Part shown: in pieces, positions 11,371 to 20,947 of the stretch
How the letters are laid out: the number at the start of each line of letters is the position of its first letter
Numbering within the stretch: the first letter of the stretch is position 1
Assembly (NCBI GenBank): GCA_963753455.1
Contig: CAVWDA010000035.1
Location: 142,419-206,418 of the forward strand
DNA: 64,000 nt
Direction of reading: 5' to 3'
From: an uncultured Alphaproteobacteria bacterium
GTDB lineage: Bacteria; Pseudomonadota; Alphaproteobacteria; Rhizobiales; Xanthobacteraceae
Program-made: the position numbers and the translations under genes
The notes under the pieces: model-generated
Databases searched by the model: none
What the model was told of the DNA's origin: nothing
The model's input: the letters and a program-made list of their open reading frames with translations, nothing else

Positions 11371-12792
11371 ATGACCGCCACCGCCAAATCTAAGCCCAAA
11401 GCCGGCGACTATGTCGTCAAGGACATCGCGCTCGCCGCCTGGGGCCGCAAAGAGATCGCCATCGCCGAAACCGAAATGCCCGGTTTGATGGCGACGCGTG
11501 AGGAATACGGGCCGCAGCAGCCGCTGCGCGGCGCCCGCATCGCCGGCTCGCTGCACATGACCATCCAGACCGCGGTGCTGATTGAGACGCTCACCGCGCT
11601 CGGCGCCGACGTGCGCTGGGCTTCGTGCAACATCTATTCGACACAGGACCACGCCGCGGCGGCGATCGCGCAAGCCGGCACGCCGGTGTTCGCGGTCAAG
11701 GGCGAGAGCCTCACCGACTACTGGGATTACACCCACCGCATCTTCGAATGGCACGACGGCGGCTTCCCCAACATGATCCTCGACGACGGCGGCGATGCCA
11801 CGCTGCTTTTGCATCTCGGCATGCAGGCCGAGAGCAATCCGGCAGTGCTCGGTCATCCCGGCAATGAGGAAGAGGAAGTCCTGTTCGCCGCCATCAAGAA
11901 ACGGATCAAGGATCAGCCCGGCTGGTACACCAAGCTCGCCAAGGAAGTGCGCGGCGTTACCGAGGAGACCACCACCGGCGTGCACCGGCTCTATCAGATG
12001 GCCAAAGAAGGCCGCCTGCTGTTCCCGGCGATCAACGTCAATGACAGCGTCACCAAATCGAAATTCGACAACCTCTACGGCTGCCGCGAGTCGCTGGTCG
12101 ACGGCATCCGCCGCGGCACCGACGTGATGATGGCCGGCAAGGTGGCGATGGTCGCCGGCTTCGGCGACGTCGGCAAAGGCTCGGCGGCGTCGTTGCGCCA
12201 GGCCGGCTGCCGCGTGCTGGTGTCGGAGGTCGATCCGATCTGCGCGCTGCAGGCGGCGATGGAAGGCTACGAGGTCGTCACCATGGAAGAGGCGGCGCCG
12301 CGCGCCGACATCTTCGTCACCGCCACCGGCAATGTCGACGTGATCACCCTCGACCACATGCGCAAGATGAAACACCGCGCCATCGTCTGCAACATCGGCC
12401 ATTTCGATTCGGAGATTCAGATCGCCTCGCTGCGCAATCTGAAATGGCACAACATCAAGCCGCAGGTGGACGAGGTCGAGTTTGCCGACGGCAAGCGCAT
12501 CATCCTGTTGTCGGAAGGCCGCCTGGTGAATCTCGGCAACGCCATGGGGCATCCGAGTTTCGTGATGTCGTCGTCCTTCACCAACCAGACGCTGGCGCAG
12601 ATCGAATTGTGGACCAATCCCGGCAAATACAAGAACCAAGTCTACACTCTGCCCAAGCACCTCGACGAGAAGGTGGCGCGGCTGCATCTCGACAAGATCG
12701 GGGTGAAGCTGACCAAACTCTCCGACAAGCAGGCGGCCTATATCGGCGTGCCGCAGGCCGGTCCGTTCAAGTCGGATCACTACCGGTATTGA
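11371..12792 (+). CDS. ahcY: Adenosylhomocysteinase
   Basis: [40 protein letters not shown]-terminal DHYRY. Confidence 0.98.
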   Translation: MTATAKSKPKAGDYVVKDIALAAWGRKEIAIAETEMPGLMATREEYGPQQPLRGARIAGSLHMTIQTAVLIETLTALGADVRWASCNIYSTQDHAAAAIAQAGTPVFAVKGESLTDYWDYTHRIFEWHDGGFPNMILDDGGDATLLLHLGMQAESNPAVLGHPGNEEEEVLFAAIKKRIKDQPGWYTKLAKEVRGVTEETTTGVHRLYQMAKEGRLLFPAINVNDSVTKSKFDNLYGCRESLVDGIRRGTDVMMAGKVAMVAGFGDVGKGSAASLRQAGCRVLVSEVDPICALQAAMEGYEVVTMEEAAPRADIFVTATGNVDVITLDHMRKMKHRAIVCNIGHFDSEIQIASLRNLKWHNIKPQVDEVEFADGKRIILLSEGRLVNLGNAMGHPSFVMSSSFTNQTLAQIELWTNPGKYKNQVYTLPKHLDEKVARLHLDKIGVKLTKLSDKQAAYIGVPQAGPFKSDHYRY

Positions 12793-12797
12793 GCGGG

Positions 12798-14300
12798 CTA
12801 CACCCGCGGCGGCACGATGAAGATCGTGTAGCGCTGCGGCTTGCCGGGAAACCGGAGAAAATTGCGCACGATCTCGGTCTCGACCCGGCGGGCCGCCGGA
12901 TTTTGCGCGCTCGCTTGACTGCGGCAGGCAGAATCCTCGGCAAAACATACGATCGCCATGCCATCATGCCTGAGCTCTGCCGCGTCGGGTTGCGGCATGC
13001 CGCTCAAAACCCGCGGCCGCTCGACGGCGTAGGTGGCGACTCCGTCGGCGAGATCCCCGGGGCCGCCGACGAAACGCAAGGGCTGCGGGATCGTCTGATG
13101 CCAGAGTTGCTCCACCTCGCCGGCCAGCAGTGCAGCCTGCGCCGATAAGGGCGGCGGGCCGTTGCGCTGCGCGACGACGGCAATGACCGGCGACACGATC
13201 ACCATGATCAGCGGCAGCGCCACCGCGAAGGCGAGCAGGCGGCGCGTGTCGACTTCCGAGATCGTCATCGCCGGCGGCGACAGCAGCAGCACGGGCAACA
13301 GCGTCCAGGCCGACATCGACCACAGCGAGGTGATCTTGGTGCCGCTGACGAGCGCGCCGACGACGGGCAGCAGCAACGGTCCCCAGAACGCCGCCGCCGC
13401 CAGCCGGCGGTCGTCTTCGGCCGGCCACACCATATCCGCGAGTGTTGCCCGGCTCGGCCGCGCCGCGATCAGCACGGCGATGACCGGGATCGCCACATAG
13501 CCGAGCGAGCCGGCGAGATAGCCGAGAACGCTGACGATGGTCGAACCAAACGACTTTTCGCCGTGCACGTCCATCGCGTAGGCGAAAGGCTCGAAGTGAT
13601 GCTGGTAGAGCCAGACGAGATGCGGCGCGATCGCGACCGCCCCGACGGCGACCGTGATCCACGGCGCGGCGGAGCGAAAATAGATGGCGCGGCGGCGGTC
13701 GATCAGCGCGGCAACCGCCAATCCCGCGAGCAGGAACACCGACCAGTATTTGCCTAGCATGCAGCCCGCGGCGCCCACACCGGCGAGCGCGCCATAAAGA
13801 GCGCTGCGCATGCGGTACGAACGCAGGAACCACAGCGTGGTCGCCGCCCAGGCCGGCATCAACACCGTGTTCACATTGAACTTCAGGGCGTGGAAATTGA
13901 AAAACGGCACCAGCATCAGCAGCGCCAGCCCGGCGACGCGCTTCTCGCTATCGAGATAGTCGGCCGACAGCCGCCATACGATCCACAGCGTCAGCGTCGG
14001 CATCAGCATCGCCAAGAGGTAATAGGACCACTCGGCAAGCGGAAACACGCCGAACCACGACCACGCAATTGCGGCGGCGAGCGGCGGGTGCTTGTAGCCC
14101 CAGGCGAGATCGCGCGACCACGCGATCACCTCGGTCATGTCGGGGTGTAGGCCCTGGCTCGACTTGGCGATGGTGCCGTAGATGGTCCACAGCACCCAAT
14201 AGGCCGCGAGCACGAGCAGAACGCTGCGCTCGCGCCGCGCCGGATCGATCAACGCGGAGCGCAAGCGGTCGATCGCATGGTCTGTCGCCAATAGTCGCAT
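12798..14300 (-). CDS. GT39/ArnT-like integral membrane glycosyltransferase
   Basis: Multi-TM; WSRDLAWGYKHPPL, KFNVNTV, LGKYWS, APHLVWL. Confidence 0.85.
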   Translation of the reverse strand: MRLLATDHAIDRLRSALIDPARRERSVLLVLAAYWVLWTIYGTIAKSSQGLHPDMTEVIAWSRDLAWGYKHPPLAAAIAWSWFGVFPLAEWSYYLLAMLMPTLTLWIVWRLSADYLDSEKRVAGLALLMLVPFFNFHALKFNVNTVLMPAWAATTLWFLRSYRMRSALYGALAGVGAAGCMLGKYWSVFLLAGLAVAALIDRRRAIYFRSAAPWITVAVGAVAIAPHLVWLYQHHFEPFAYAMDVHGEKSFGSTIVSVLGYLAGSLGYVAIPVIAVLIAARPSRATLADMVWPAEDDRRLAAAAFWGPLLLPVVGALVSGTKITSLWSMSAWTLLPVLLLSPPAMTISEVDTRRLLAFAVALPLIMVIVSPVIAVVAQRNGPPPLSAQAALLAGEVEQLWHQTIPQPLRFVGGPGDLADGVATYAVERPRVLSGMPQPDAAELRHDGMAIVCFAEDSACRSQASAQNPAARRVETEIVRNFLRFPGKPQRYTIFIVPPRV

Positions 14301-14317
14301 AGACGGCTGATCTCTCC

Positions 14318-14475
14318 CCGTTCGTCCCCGCGCGCCGACATCGGGTATATCCGATGTCGGCAGTCAAAAAGTGCGCAAGTCGGCTATAGCCGACTTGCGA
14401 TGGGGGACCCAGCTAAAGCACCCTGCTCGGCTCAGCAAGCCTAGTCTGGATTCCTGCTTTCGCGGGAATGAACGG
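14318..14475. repeat. Family A element with a nested double-hairpin element in its first loop
   Basis: CCGTTCGTCCCCGCG [insert] GGGGACCCAG ... CTGGATTCCTGCTTTCGCGGGAATGAACGG; insert holds hairpins 14334-14361 and 14374-14399. Confidence 0.85.
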
Positions 14476-14488
14476 TAAAGAGTCCCGC

Positions 14489-14517
14489 TTGTAGGAGCCC
14501 ATTCCGAGTGTTATCTC
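14489..14517 (+). promoter_or_regulatory. Putative sigma70 promoter of lepA (leaderless)
   Basis: TTGTAG-N17-TATCTC with extended TG; 6 nt before ATG 14524; no SD in the spacer. Confidence 0.5.
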
Positions 14518-14523
14518 GCCGCC

Positions 14524-16329
14524 ATGACGGCCACTCCGATCAGCAATATCCGCAACTTCTCCATCGTCGCGCATATCGACCACGGCAAGTCGACCCTGGC
14601 CGACCGCTTGATCCAGCTCACCGGCGGGCTCGAGGCGCGCGAGATGAAGGAGCAGGTGCTCGATTCCATGGATATCGAGCGCGAGCGCGGCATCACCATC
14701 AAGGCGCAGACCGTTCGGCTCAATTACCGGGCGCGCGACGGCAAGGACTACATCCTCAATCTGATCGACACCCCCGGCCACGTCGACTTCGCCTACGAGG
14801 TCAACCGCTCGCTCGCCGCCTGCGAGGGCTCGCTGCTCGTCGTCGACGCCTCACAGGGCGTCGAGGCGCAGACGCTCGCCAATGTCTACCACGCCATCGA
14901 CGCCGGCCATGAGATCGTGCCGGTGCTCAACAAGGTCGATCTGCCGGCGGCGGAGCCTGAAGCGGTCAAGAAGCAGATCGAGGACGTGATCGGCCTCGAT
15001 GCCTCGGACGCCATCATGATCTCCGCCAAGACCGGCGAGAACGTACCCGAGGTGCTCGAAGCCATCGTCACCCGCCTGCCGCCGCCCAAGGGCGACCGCG
15101 ACGCGCCGCTCAAGGCGCTCCTGGTCGACTCTTGGTACGACGTCTATCTTGGCGTGGTGGTGCTGGTGCGCGTGGTCGACGGCGTGCTCAAGAAGGGCCA
15201 GCGCATCCGCATGATCGGCATCGACGCGCACTATGAGGTCGACCGCGTCGGCGTGTTCAAGCCCAAGCTGACGACGGTGGACGAGCTCGGCCCCGGCGAA
15301 ATCGGCATGCTCACCGCCTCGATCAAGGAAGTCGCCGACACGCGCGTCGGCGACACGATCACCGACGAGCGCAATCCGGTGGACGAGCCGCTGCCCGGCT
15401 TCCGCCCGGCGATCCCGGTGGTGTTCTGCGGCATGTTCCCGGTCGACGCCGCGCAGTTCGAAGACCTGCGCGCGGCCATGGGCCGGCTGCGGCTCAACGA
15501 CGCCAGCTTCACCTACGAGATGGAAACGAGCGCCGCGCTCGGCTTCGGTTTCCGCTGCGGCTTCCTCGGCCTGTTGCACCTCGAAATCATCCAGGAGCGC
15601 CTGGCGCGCGAGTTCAATCTCGACCTGATCGCGACCGCGCCTTCGGTGATCTACAAGATGAAACTGCGCAACGGCAAGGAACTCGAGATCCACAATCCGG
15701 TCGACATGCCGGACCCGACGCAGATCCTGTCCATGGAAGAGCCGTGGATCGAAGCGACAATTTTGACGCCGGACGAATATCTCGGTTCGGTGTTGAAACT
15801 CTGCCAGGACCGCCGCGGCAGCCAGAAAGAGCTCACCTACGTCGGCAACCGCGCCATGGTGAAATACGACCTGCCGCTCAACGAGGTGGTGTTCGACTTC
15901 TACGACCGGCTGAAATCGGTATCGCGCGGCTATGCCTCGTTCGACTATCACCTCACCGATTACAAGGAAGCCGATCTGGTCAAGCTGCAGATGCTGGTCA
16001 ACGGCGATCCGGTGGACGCGCTGTCCATGCTGGTGCATCGCACCCGCGCCGAATCCAGAGGCCGCGCCATGGCGGAGAAGCTGAAGGAGCTGATTCCGCC
16101 GCACATGTTCGTGGTGCCGATTCAGGCCGCCATCGGCGGCAAGATCATCGCGCGCGAGACCGTGCGCGCCTTCCGCAAGGACGTGACCGCCAAGTGCTAC
16201 GGCGGCGACGCCACGCGCAAGCGCAAGCTGCTCGACAAGCAGAAGGAAGGCAAAAAGAAGATGCGGCAGTTCGGCAAGGTCGACATTCCGCAGGAGGCGT
16301 TTATTGCCGCGCTGAAGGTGGATGTGTGA
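14524..16329 (+). CDS. lepA: Elongation factor 4
   Basis: [46 protein letters not shown]. Confidence 0.98.
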   Translation: MTATPISNIRNFSIVAHIDHGKSTLADRLIQLTGGLEAREMKEQVLDSMDIERERGITIKAQTVRLNYRARDGKDYILNLIDTPGHVDFAYEVNRSLAACEGSLLVVDASQGVEAQTLANVYHAIDAGHEIVPVLNKVDLPAAEPEAVKKQIEDVIGLDASDAIMISAKTGENVPEVLEAIVTRLPPPKGDRDAPLKALLVDSWYDVYLGVVVLVRVVDGVLKKGQRIRMIGIDAHYEVDRVGVFKPKLTTVDELGPGEIGMLTASIKEVADTRVGDTITDERNPVDEPLPGFRPAIPVVFCGMFPVDAAQFEDLRAAMGRLRLNDASFTYEMETSAALGFGFRCGFLGLLHLEIIQERLAREFNLDLIATAPSVIYKMKLRNGKELEIHNPVDMPDPTQILSMEEPWIEATILTPDEYLGSVLKLCQDRRGSQKELTYVGNRAMVKYDLPLNEVVFDFYDRLKSVSRGYASFDYHLTDYKEADLVKLQMLVNGDPVDALSMLVHRTRAESRGRAMAEKLKELIPPHMFVVPIQAAIGGKIIARETVRAFRKDVTAKCYGGDATRKRKLLDKQKEGKKKMRQFGKVDIPQEAFIAALKVDV

Positions 16330-16403
16330 CGGGTTGATCAGGATCAAACCATAAATCCGCTGCCCGCCTACAATAACCCGCAAAATGGCAAGGCGGGCCG
16401 GTC

Positions 16404-16964
16404 ATGGACCTAAGAGAAGCGATCTACAGCCGGCGCGCCGTGCGCGAATATACCGCCGAGCCGGTCGCTGAAAAGACGATCCGCGAATTGATCGACGCGG
16501 CCATCCAGGCGCCGAGCGCCGTCAATCAACAGCCGTGGGCGTTCTGCGTGGTGCGCGACCAGGCCGTTCTCGCCCGAATATCGAGCGAAGCGAAGGCGCA
16601 TATGCTGCGAACCTCGCCCGCGGCGCTGTTGCCTCATTTTCAGGAACGGCTGAGCAATCCAACCTTCCATATTTTCTATCATGCGCCGGCGCTCGTCCTG
16701 ATATCGAGCGCGGCGGAAAGCCCGTGGGCGGTCGAGAACTGCTCGCTGGCGGCCGAGAACCTGATGCTGGCGGCCCGTGCCGTTGGATTGGGGACCTGCT
16801 GGATCGGCTTCGCGCAGAAATGGCTGGTAACGCCAGAAGGAAAAGCGGCGCTGAAACTCCCGGAAAACTATCTGCCCGTCGCTCCCATCATCGTCGGACA
16901 TCCGAAAGCCGCGCCGCCGCCGGTTCCCAGAAAAGAGCCGGATATACATTGGATCGACGCGTAA
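16404..16964 (+). CDS. Nitroreductase family protein
   Basis: RRAVREY, APSAVNQQPW, ENLMLAARAVGLGTCWIG. Confidence 0.9.
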   Translation: MDLREAIYSRRAVREYTAEPVAEKTIRELIDAAIQAPSAVNQQPWAFCVVRDQAVLARISSEAKAHMLRTSPAALLPHFQERLSNPTFHIFYHAPALVLISSAAESPWAVENCSLAAENLMLAARAVGLGTCWIGFAQKWLVTPEGKAALKLPENYLPVAPIIVGHPKAAPPPVPRKEPDIHWIDA

Positions 16965-17033
16965 GCGTTTCGCCACCGACAACGCCTCCCGTTTTGATAT
17001 AGTCTTCACACGGGCGCGTGAGGATTTGCACTC

Positions 17034-17867
17034 ATGCCGGACGATAAGACGACGACCGCGCTTCCCGATATCGTGTTGCAGACGTCGGCGCTCACGCGGA
17101 CATTCGGCGATCTCACCGCCGTCGATGGCGTCACGCTGAGCATCTATCGGGGCGAGATTTTCGGCCTGATCGGCCCGAATGGCGCGGGCAAGAGCACGCT
17201 GATCAAAATGCTGACGACGCTGCTGCCGCCGACCTCCGGATCGGCGACGATCGCCGGCTACGATATCGTCAGCCAGCCCGCCGACGTGCGCCGGCAAATC
17301 GGCTATATCCCGCAGCTTCTGTCTGCCGACGGCTCGCTCACCGGCTACGAAAACATGCTGCTGTCGGCGCGCCTCTATGGCGTCCCCAGGCACGAGCGAA
17401 AAGAACGCGTCACGCGGGCGCTTGCCCGGATGGGGCTTTCGGAGGTGGCTAACCATCTCGCCGGACACTATTCCGGCGGCATGATCCGGCGGCTCGAAAT
17501 CGCGCAGTGCCTGCTGCATCGTCCAGCCGTGCTGTTTCTTGACGAGCCCACTGTCGGGCTCGACCCCAGCGCGCGCGAGGTAGTCTGGGCGCGCGTGCTC
17601 GACCTCAGGGACCGGTTCCATCGCACGATGATCGTGACGTCGCATCACATGGACGAAGTCGACAAGTCCTGCGACCGCATTGCGCTCATCGACCGCGGCC
17701 GCATTGTCGCCGTCGGCACGCCCGCCGAGTTGAAAGCCCATGTCGGCCCCGATGCCACGCTTGATGACGTCTTCATCGGGCTGGTCACCGCAACAGGCGA
17801 AACCGAAACAAAGGGAAGCTATCGCGATGTCAGGCGAGACCGCCGCGCAGCCAGTGAGCATGGCTGA
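17034..17867 (+). CDS. ABC exporter ATP-binding subunit (DrrA-like)
   Basis: GPNGAGKST, YSGGM, LFLDEPTVGLD. Confidence 0.92.
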   Translation: MPDDKTTTALPDIVLQTSALTRTFGDLTAVDGVTLSIYRGEIFGLIGPNGAGKSTLIKMLTTLLPPTSGSATIAGYDIVSQPADVRRQIGYIPQLLSADGSLTGYENMLLSARLYGVPRHERKERVTRALARMGLSEVANHLAGHYSGGMIRRLEIAQCLLHRPAVLFLDEPTVGLDPSAREVVWARVLDLRDRFHRTMIVTSHHMDEVDKSCDRIALIDRGRIVAVGTPAELKAHVGPDATLDDVFIGLVTATGETETKGSYRDVRRDRRAASEHG

Positions 17868-18657
17868 CCGGTCGTTCGGGCAGGCGCTCGGCGACTATGC
17901 GACCCAGACCATGGCGGTGGCCGCGGCCGAGGTACAGAAGCTCTATCACGATCCGCTGGAGCTGCTGACCCGCGCGGTGCAGCCGGTGTTGTGGTTGTTG
18001 CTGTTCGGCGAGGTCATGGCCCGCGTCCGCGGCGTGGCGCCGGGCAACATTCCCTATCTCGATTTCCTCGCCGCCGGAATCCTGGCGCAGAGCGCGTTGT
18101 TCGTCGCCATCTTTTATGGAATATCCGCGATTTGGGAGCGCGATCTCGGAGTTCTGCAGCGGTATCTCGTCAGTCCCGCGCCGCGTTCGGCGCTGGTGCT
18201 CGGCAAGGCGCTCTCGGCCGGCGTCCGGGCTCTGTCACAAGCGTTGATCGTCTATGTGCTTGCGCTCCTGCTCGGCGTCGGCATCGATCTGCATCCCCTC
18301 AATATTCTCGGCGTCGCCGCGGCCATCGTGCTCGGTTCGGCGCTGTTCTCCACGCTGTCGCTGATCATCGCATGCATCGTCAAGACACGCGAACGCTTCA
18401 TGGGGATCGGCCAGGTCCTGACCATGCCGATCTTCTTCGCCAGCAACGCCATCTATCCGTTGTCGCTGATGCCGGATTGGTTGAGGGCCGTCTCGCACGC
18501 CAATCCGCTCACTTATGAGGTCGATATTCTCAGGGCGTTGATGCTCACGCATGGAACATCGGATTACGGATTCCTGCTCGATTTCGGCGTCCTGCTGGCT
18601 GCGACTGCGGCGCTCACCGCGATCGCGGCGCGGATGTATGGCCGCATGGGCTATTGA
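17827..18657 (+). CDS. ABC-2 type exporter permease (DrrB-like); start 17827 or 17860
   Basis: Six TM segments, WERDLG, PIFFASNAIYP, ANPLTY. Confidence 0.9.
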   Translation: MSGETAAQPVSMADRSFGQALGDYATQTMAVAAAEVQKLYHDPLELLTRAVQPVLWLLLFGEVMARVRGVAPGNIPYLDFLAAGILAQSALFVAIFYGISAIWERDLGVLQRYLVSPAPRSALVLGKALSAGVRALSQALIVYVLALLLGVGIDLHPLNILGVAAAIVLGSALFSTLSLIIACIVKTRERFMGIGQVLTMPIFFASNAIYPLSLMPDWLRAVSHANPLTYEVDILRALMLTHGTSDYGFLLDFGVLLAATAALTAIAARMYGRMGY

Positions 18658-18738
18658 GAATCTTGCGGCCTTCGCAGGGCGAACGAACGCTGCCGACAGA
18701 TATGCACGTCCGGCGGCAGCACCACGCGCAAGCGCAAT

Positions 18739-18776
18739 ATGGGTCCCGGGCCTCGCTTCGCTTGCCCGGGACGACA
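18739..18776. repeat. REP-like hairpin
   Basis: ATGGGTCCCGGGC-CTCGCTTCGCTT-GCCCGGGACGACA. Confidence 0.6.
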
Positions 18777-18786
18777 TCGCCATATC

Positions 18787-18815
18787 TTGACTTTATTCCT
18801 ATCATCTGCTAAGCA
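18787..18815 (+). promoter_or_regulatory. Sigma70-like promoter with no credible downstream CDS
   Basis: TTGACT-N17-TAAGCA with extended TG at 18807-18808. Confidence 0.55.
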
Positions 18816-18820
18816 ACTCA

Positions 18821-19158
18821 TCCGCCCTGTCCGGCCTCGCGTCATCTCGAGTGGCGCACGGCGACGGAGAAGGCGCGGTGCGCCGACAATGCGCATCGCC
18901 GTCAAGCCTGCGCGAGACGCGCGCAAGCTTGACCAGGATGGAGCGCCCGGGGGGCGCAGCCCGCTTCGCCAAACGGGCGCGTGCCTCGCCAAGGCGCGCG
19001 GCGGGTGCGCACCACACCCGTCATGGGGGTCTCACCAGCCCCCTGGCGCCCTCCCGGCGCTCCATTCCCCTTTTGGGGAAACGGAAAAAGGGAAGCAGGC
19101 GTGCCCGCGCCTTCAAAGAACCGGGACTGCGGAGCATTGGTTGTTTGAAGATTTAATC
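18821..19158 (+). ncRNA. Candidate structured RNA or non-autonomous repeat element
   Basis: Hairpin 18901-18933, long-range inverted pair 18938-18959/19043-19065, hairpin 19065-19080; preceded by promoter-like sequence. Confidence 0.4.
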
Positions 19159-19193
19159 GGTGAGAAGTTTCACGACGGCGCGCCGCCCGCTAT

Positions 19194-19730
19194 CTACCGG
19201 TCGTGGACGGAATTGTGCCGGAGCGCCGTTTCGTGCAAGCGATGGCGGCGATGAAGGCGATGGCGTTCGTGCCTGTCGCCCTCGCGCACGCGCACCTTTT
19301 CCGGCCGCTCGCCGGTCACCATGATCGTGGTGTCGTCCATGTGCTCCTTCACCAGCGCGAACAGCAGCGCGGCGTTGTCGGGATGCAGGCGGATGCAACC
19401 ATGCGAGGCCGGCCGGCCGAGATGCGAGATCTCGTAAGAGCCGTGGATGGCGTAGCCGCCGTCGAAGAAGATCGAATAGGGCATCGGCGACCAGTCGTAT
19501 TTGCGCGAAAACCATTTGCGCGCGAGCCGCTGTGGCTTGTAGGTGCCGTTCGGCGTGCGGTAGCCCATGCGCGCGGTCGACACCGGCCATTCGTGGCGCT
19601 GAGCGCCGTCGACCGTGACCGACAGGCGCTGCGACGATTTATCGACGGTGACGATGACGCTCGCGCGCGCGACGCTAAGGCCGCCGAGCAGAACGGCGAT
19701 AACGGCGCAGGCGGCGGCAAAACGTGGCAT
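19194..19730 (-). CDS. L,D-transpeptidase (YkuD family)
   Basis: Signal peptide, WPVSTAR..TPNG, YAIHGS..LGRPASHGCIRL. Confidence 0.93.
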   Translation of the reverse strand: MPRFAAACAVIAVLLGGLSVARASVIVTVDKSSQRLSVTVDGAQRHEWPVSTARMGYRTPNGTYKPQRLARKWFSRKYDWSPMPYSIFFDGGYAIHGSYEISHLGRPASHGCIRLHPDNAALLFALVKEHMDDTTIMVTGERPEKVRVREGDRHERHRLHRRHRLHETALRHNSVHDR

Positions 19731-19885
19731 CGCGACCTCTCCCAGAGGCGATTTGCAGCGGCATTCTGGCAAGATTTCTTGAACTTTGCATTAAATCACG
19801 CGGTTTTGGTGCTGCCCGCGCCGCGCCGCAATTTCCGTGTATTTAACCTGACAAGCCACGGCAAACTCGCTAAATCGGAAACATC

Positions 19886-20863
19886 ATGGCAGCCCGCATC
19901 GTCGCCGCTTTCGCCTTGTCATTCGCCTTCGCCAGCGCTTTTACCGGCAACGGTCTGGCGCAAACGCGGGCGAATGCGGCGCCGGCCGTCGCGGTGCCTG
20001 TGCCGCCGGCGAAGCCGGCGGTGGCCGAGGAAAAGTTGCCGGCCAAGGTTTTGTTCTCGAAAGCGAAGCTGCCCACGCTCGGCCACGCCATGGCCATCGG
20101 CTACTATCCGCGCGGCTGCCTGCAAGGTGGCGTCGAATTGCCGGTCGACGGCCCGAACTGGCAGGTGATGCGGCTGTCGCGCAACCGCAATTGGGGCCAT
20201 CCGGAACTGGTCAAATTCCTCGAGCGCTTCGCGCCGCTCGCCGCCAAGGCGACTGGCTGGCACGGCATCCTGGTCGGCGACATGGCGCAGCCGCGCGGCG
20301 GGCCGCTGCCGTTCGGGCATGCGAGCCATCAGATCGGGCTCGACGTCGACATCTGGTTCATGCCAATGCCGAACCACGAGCTCAGCAAGAAAGAGCGCGA
20401 GGAGGTTTCGGCGAGCAATCTCGTCGCCGCCGACGGCAAGCACGTCAACCCGGATACCTGGACGCCCTCGGACGTCGCCTTCATCAAGACCGCCGCCGAG
20501 CAGGCCGACGTCGAGCGCATTTTTGTCAATGCCGCGATCAAAAAGGAATTGTGCCGCGTCGAGGACAAGCATCGCGACGCATGGATGGAGAAGGTGCGGC
20601 CCTGGTACGGCCATGCAGACCACATCCACGTGCGGCTGAAATGTCCGGCCGATTCGCCGAACTGCCGCAAGCAGGACCCCGTGCCGCCCGGCGAAGGCTG
20701 CAGCGACAAGGACCTGGCCTTCTGGTTCAAGGATTCGGTGTTGCACCCAAGACCTGGTCCGCCGCCGAAGGTGCCGCCGAAACCGATCACGCTCGCCGAC
20801 CTGCCGCCCGCCTGCAAGAATGTGCTGGATGCTCCGGCCAATCCCAAGGCCGTGCTGCGCTGA
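19886..20863 (+). CDS. mepA: Penicillin-insensitive murein endopeptidase
   Basis: IGYYPRGCLQG, RNRNWGHP, GHASHQIGLDVDIW, HADHIHVRLKCP. Confidence 0.94.
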   Translation: MAARIVAAFALSFAFASAFTGNGLAQTRANAAPAVAVPVPPAKPAVAEEKLPAKVLFSKAKLPTLGHAMAIGYYPRGCLQGGVELPVDGPNWQVMRLSRNRNWGHPELVKFLERFAPLAAKATGWHGILVGDMAQPRGGPLPFGHASHQIGLDVDIWFMPMPNHELSKKEREEVSASNLVAADGKHVNPDTWTPSDVAFIKTAAEQADVERIFVNAAIKKELCRVEDKHRDAWMEKVRPWYGHADHIHVRLKCPADSPNCRKQDPVPPGEGCSDKDLAFWFKDSVLHPRPGPPPKVPPKPITLADLPPACKNVLDAPANPKAVLR

Positions 20864-20947
20864 TCGATCAATCGGCGGGATCGACGCATGTTGAACTTTC
20901 GTGTTGCCGTTATTCCAGGGGCGCACCGATCGCGCTAGACTGCGACT

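Noticed and set aside
11350-12948. Long antisense ORFs (532 aa opposite ahcY; also 14851-16383, 35950-37875, 49311-51077)
   Set aside because: Shadow ORFs expected from high-GC codon bias opposite well-conserved genes; no recognisable motifs
18739-19254. ORFs of 171, 113 and 101 aa across the structured region
   Set aside because: Arg/Pro/Ala-rich translations without RBS or domain features; consistent with non-coding GC-rich hairpins
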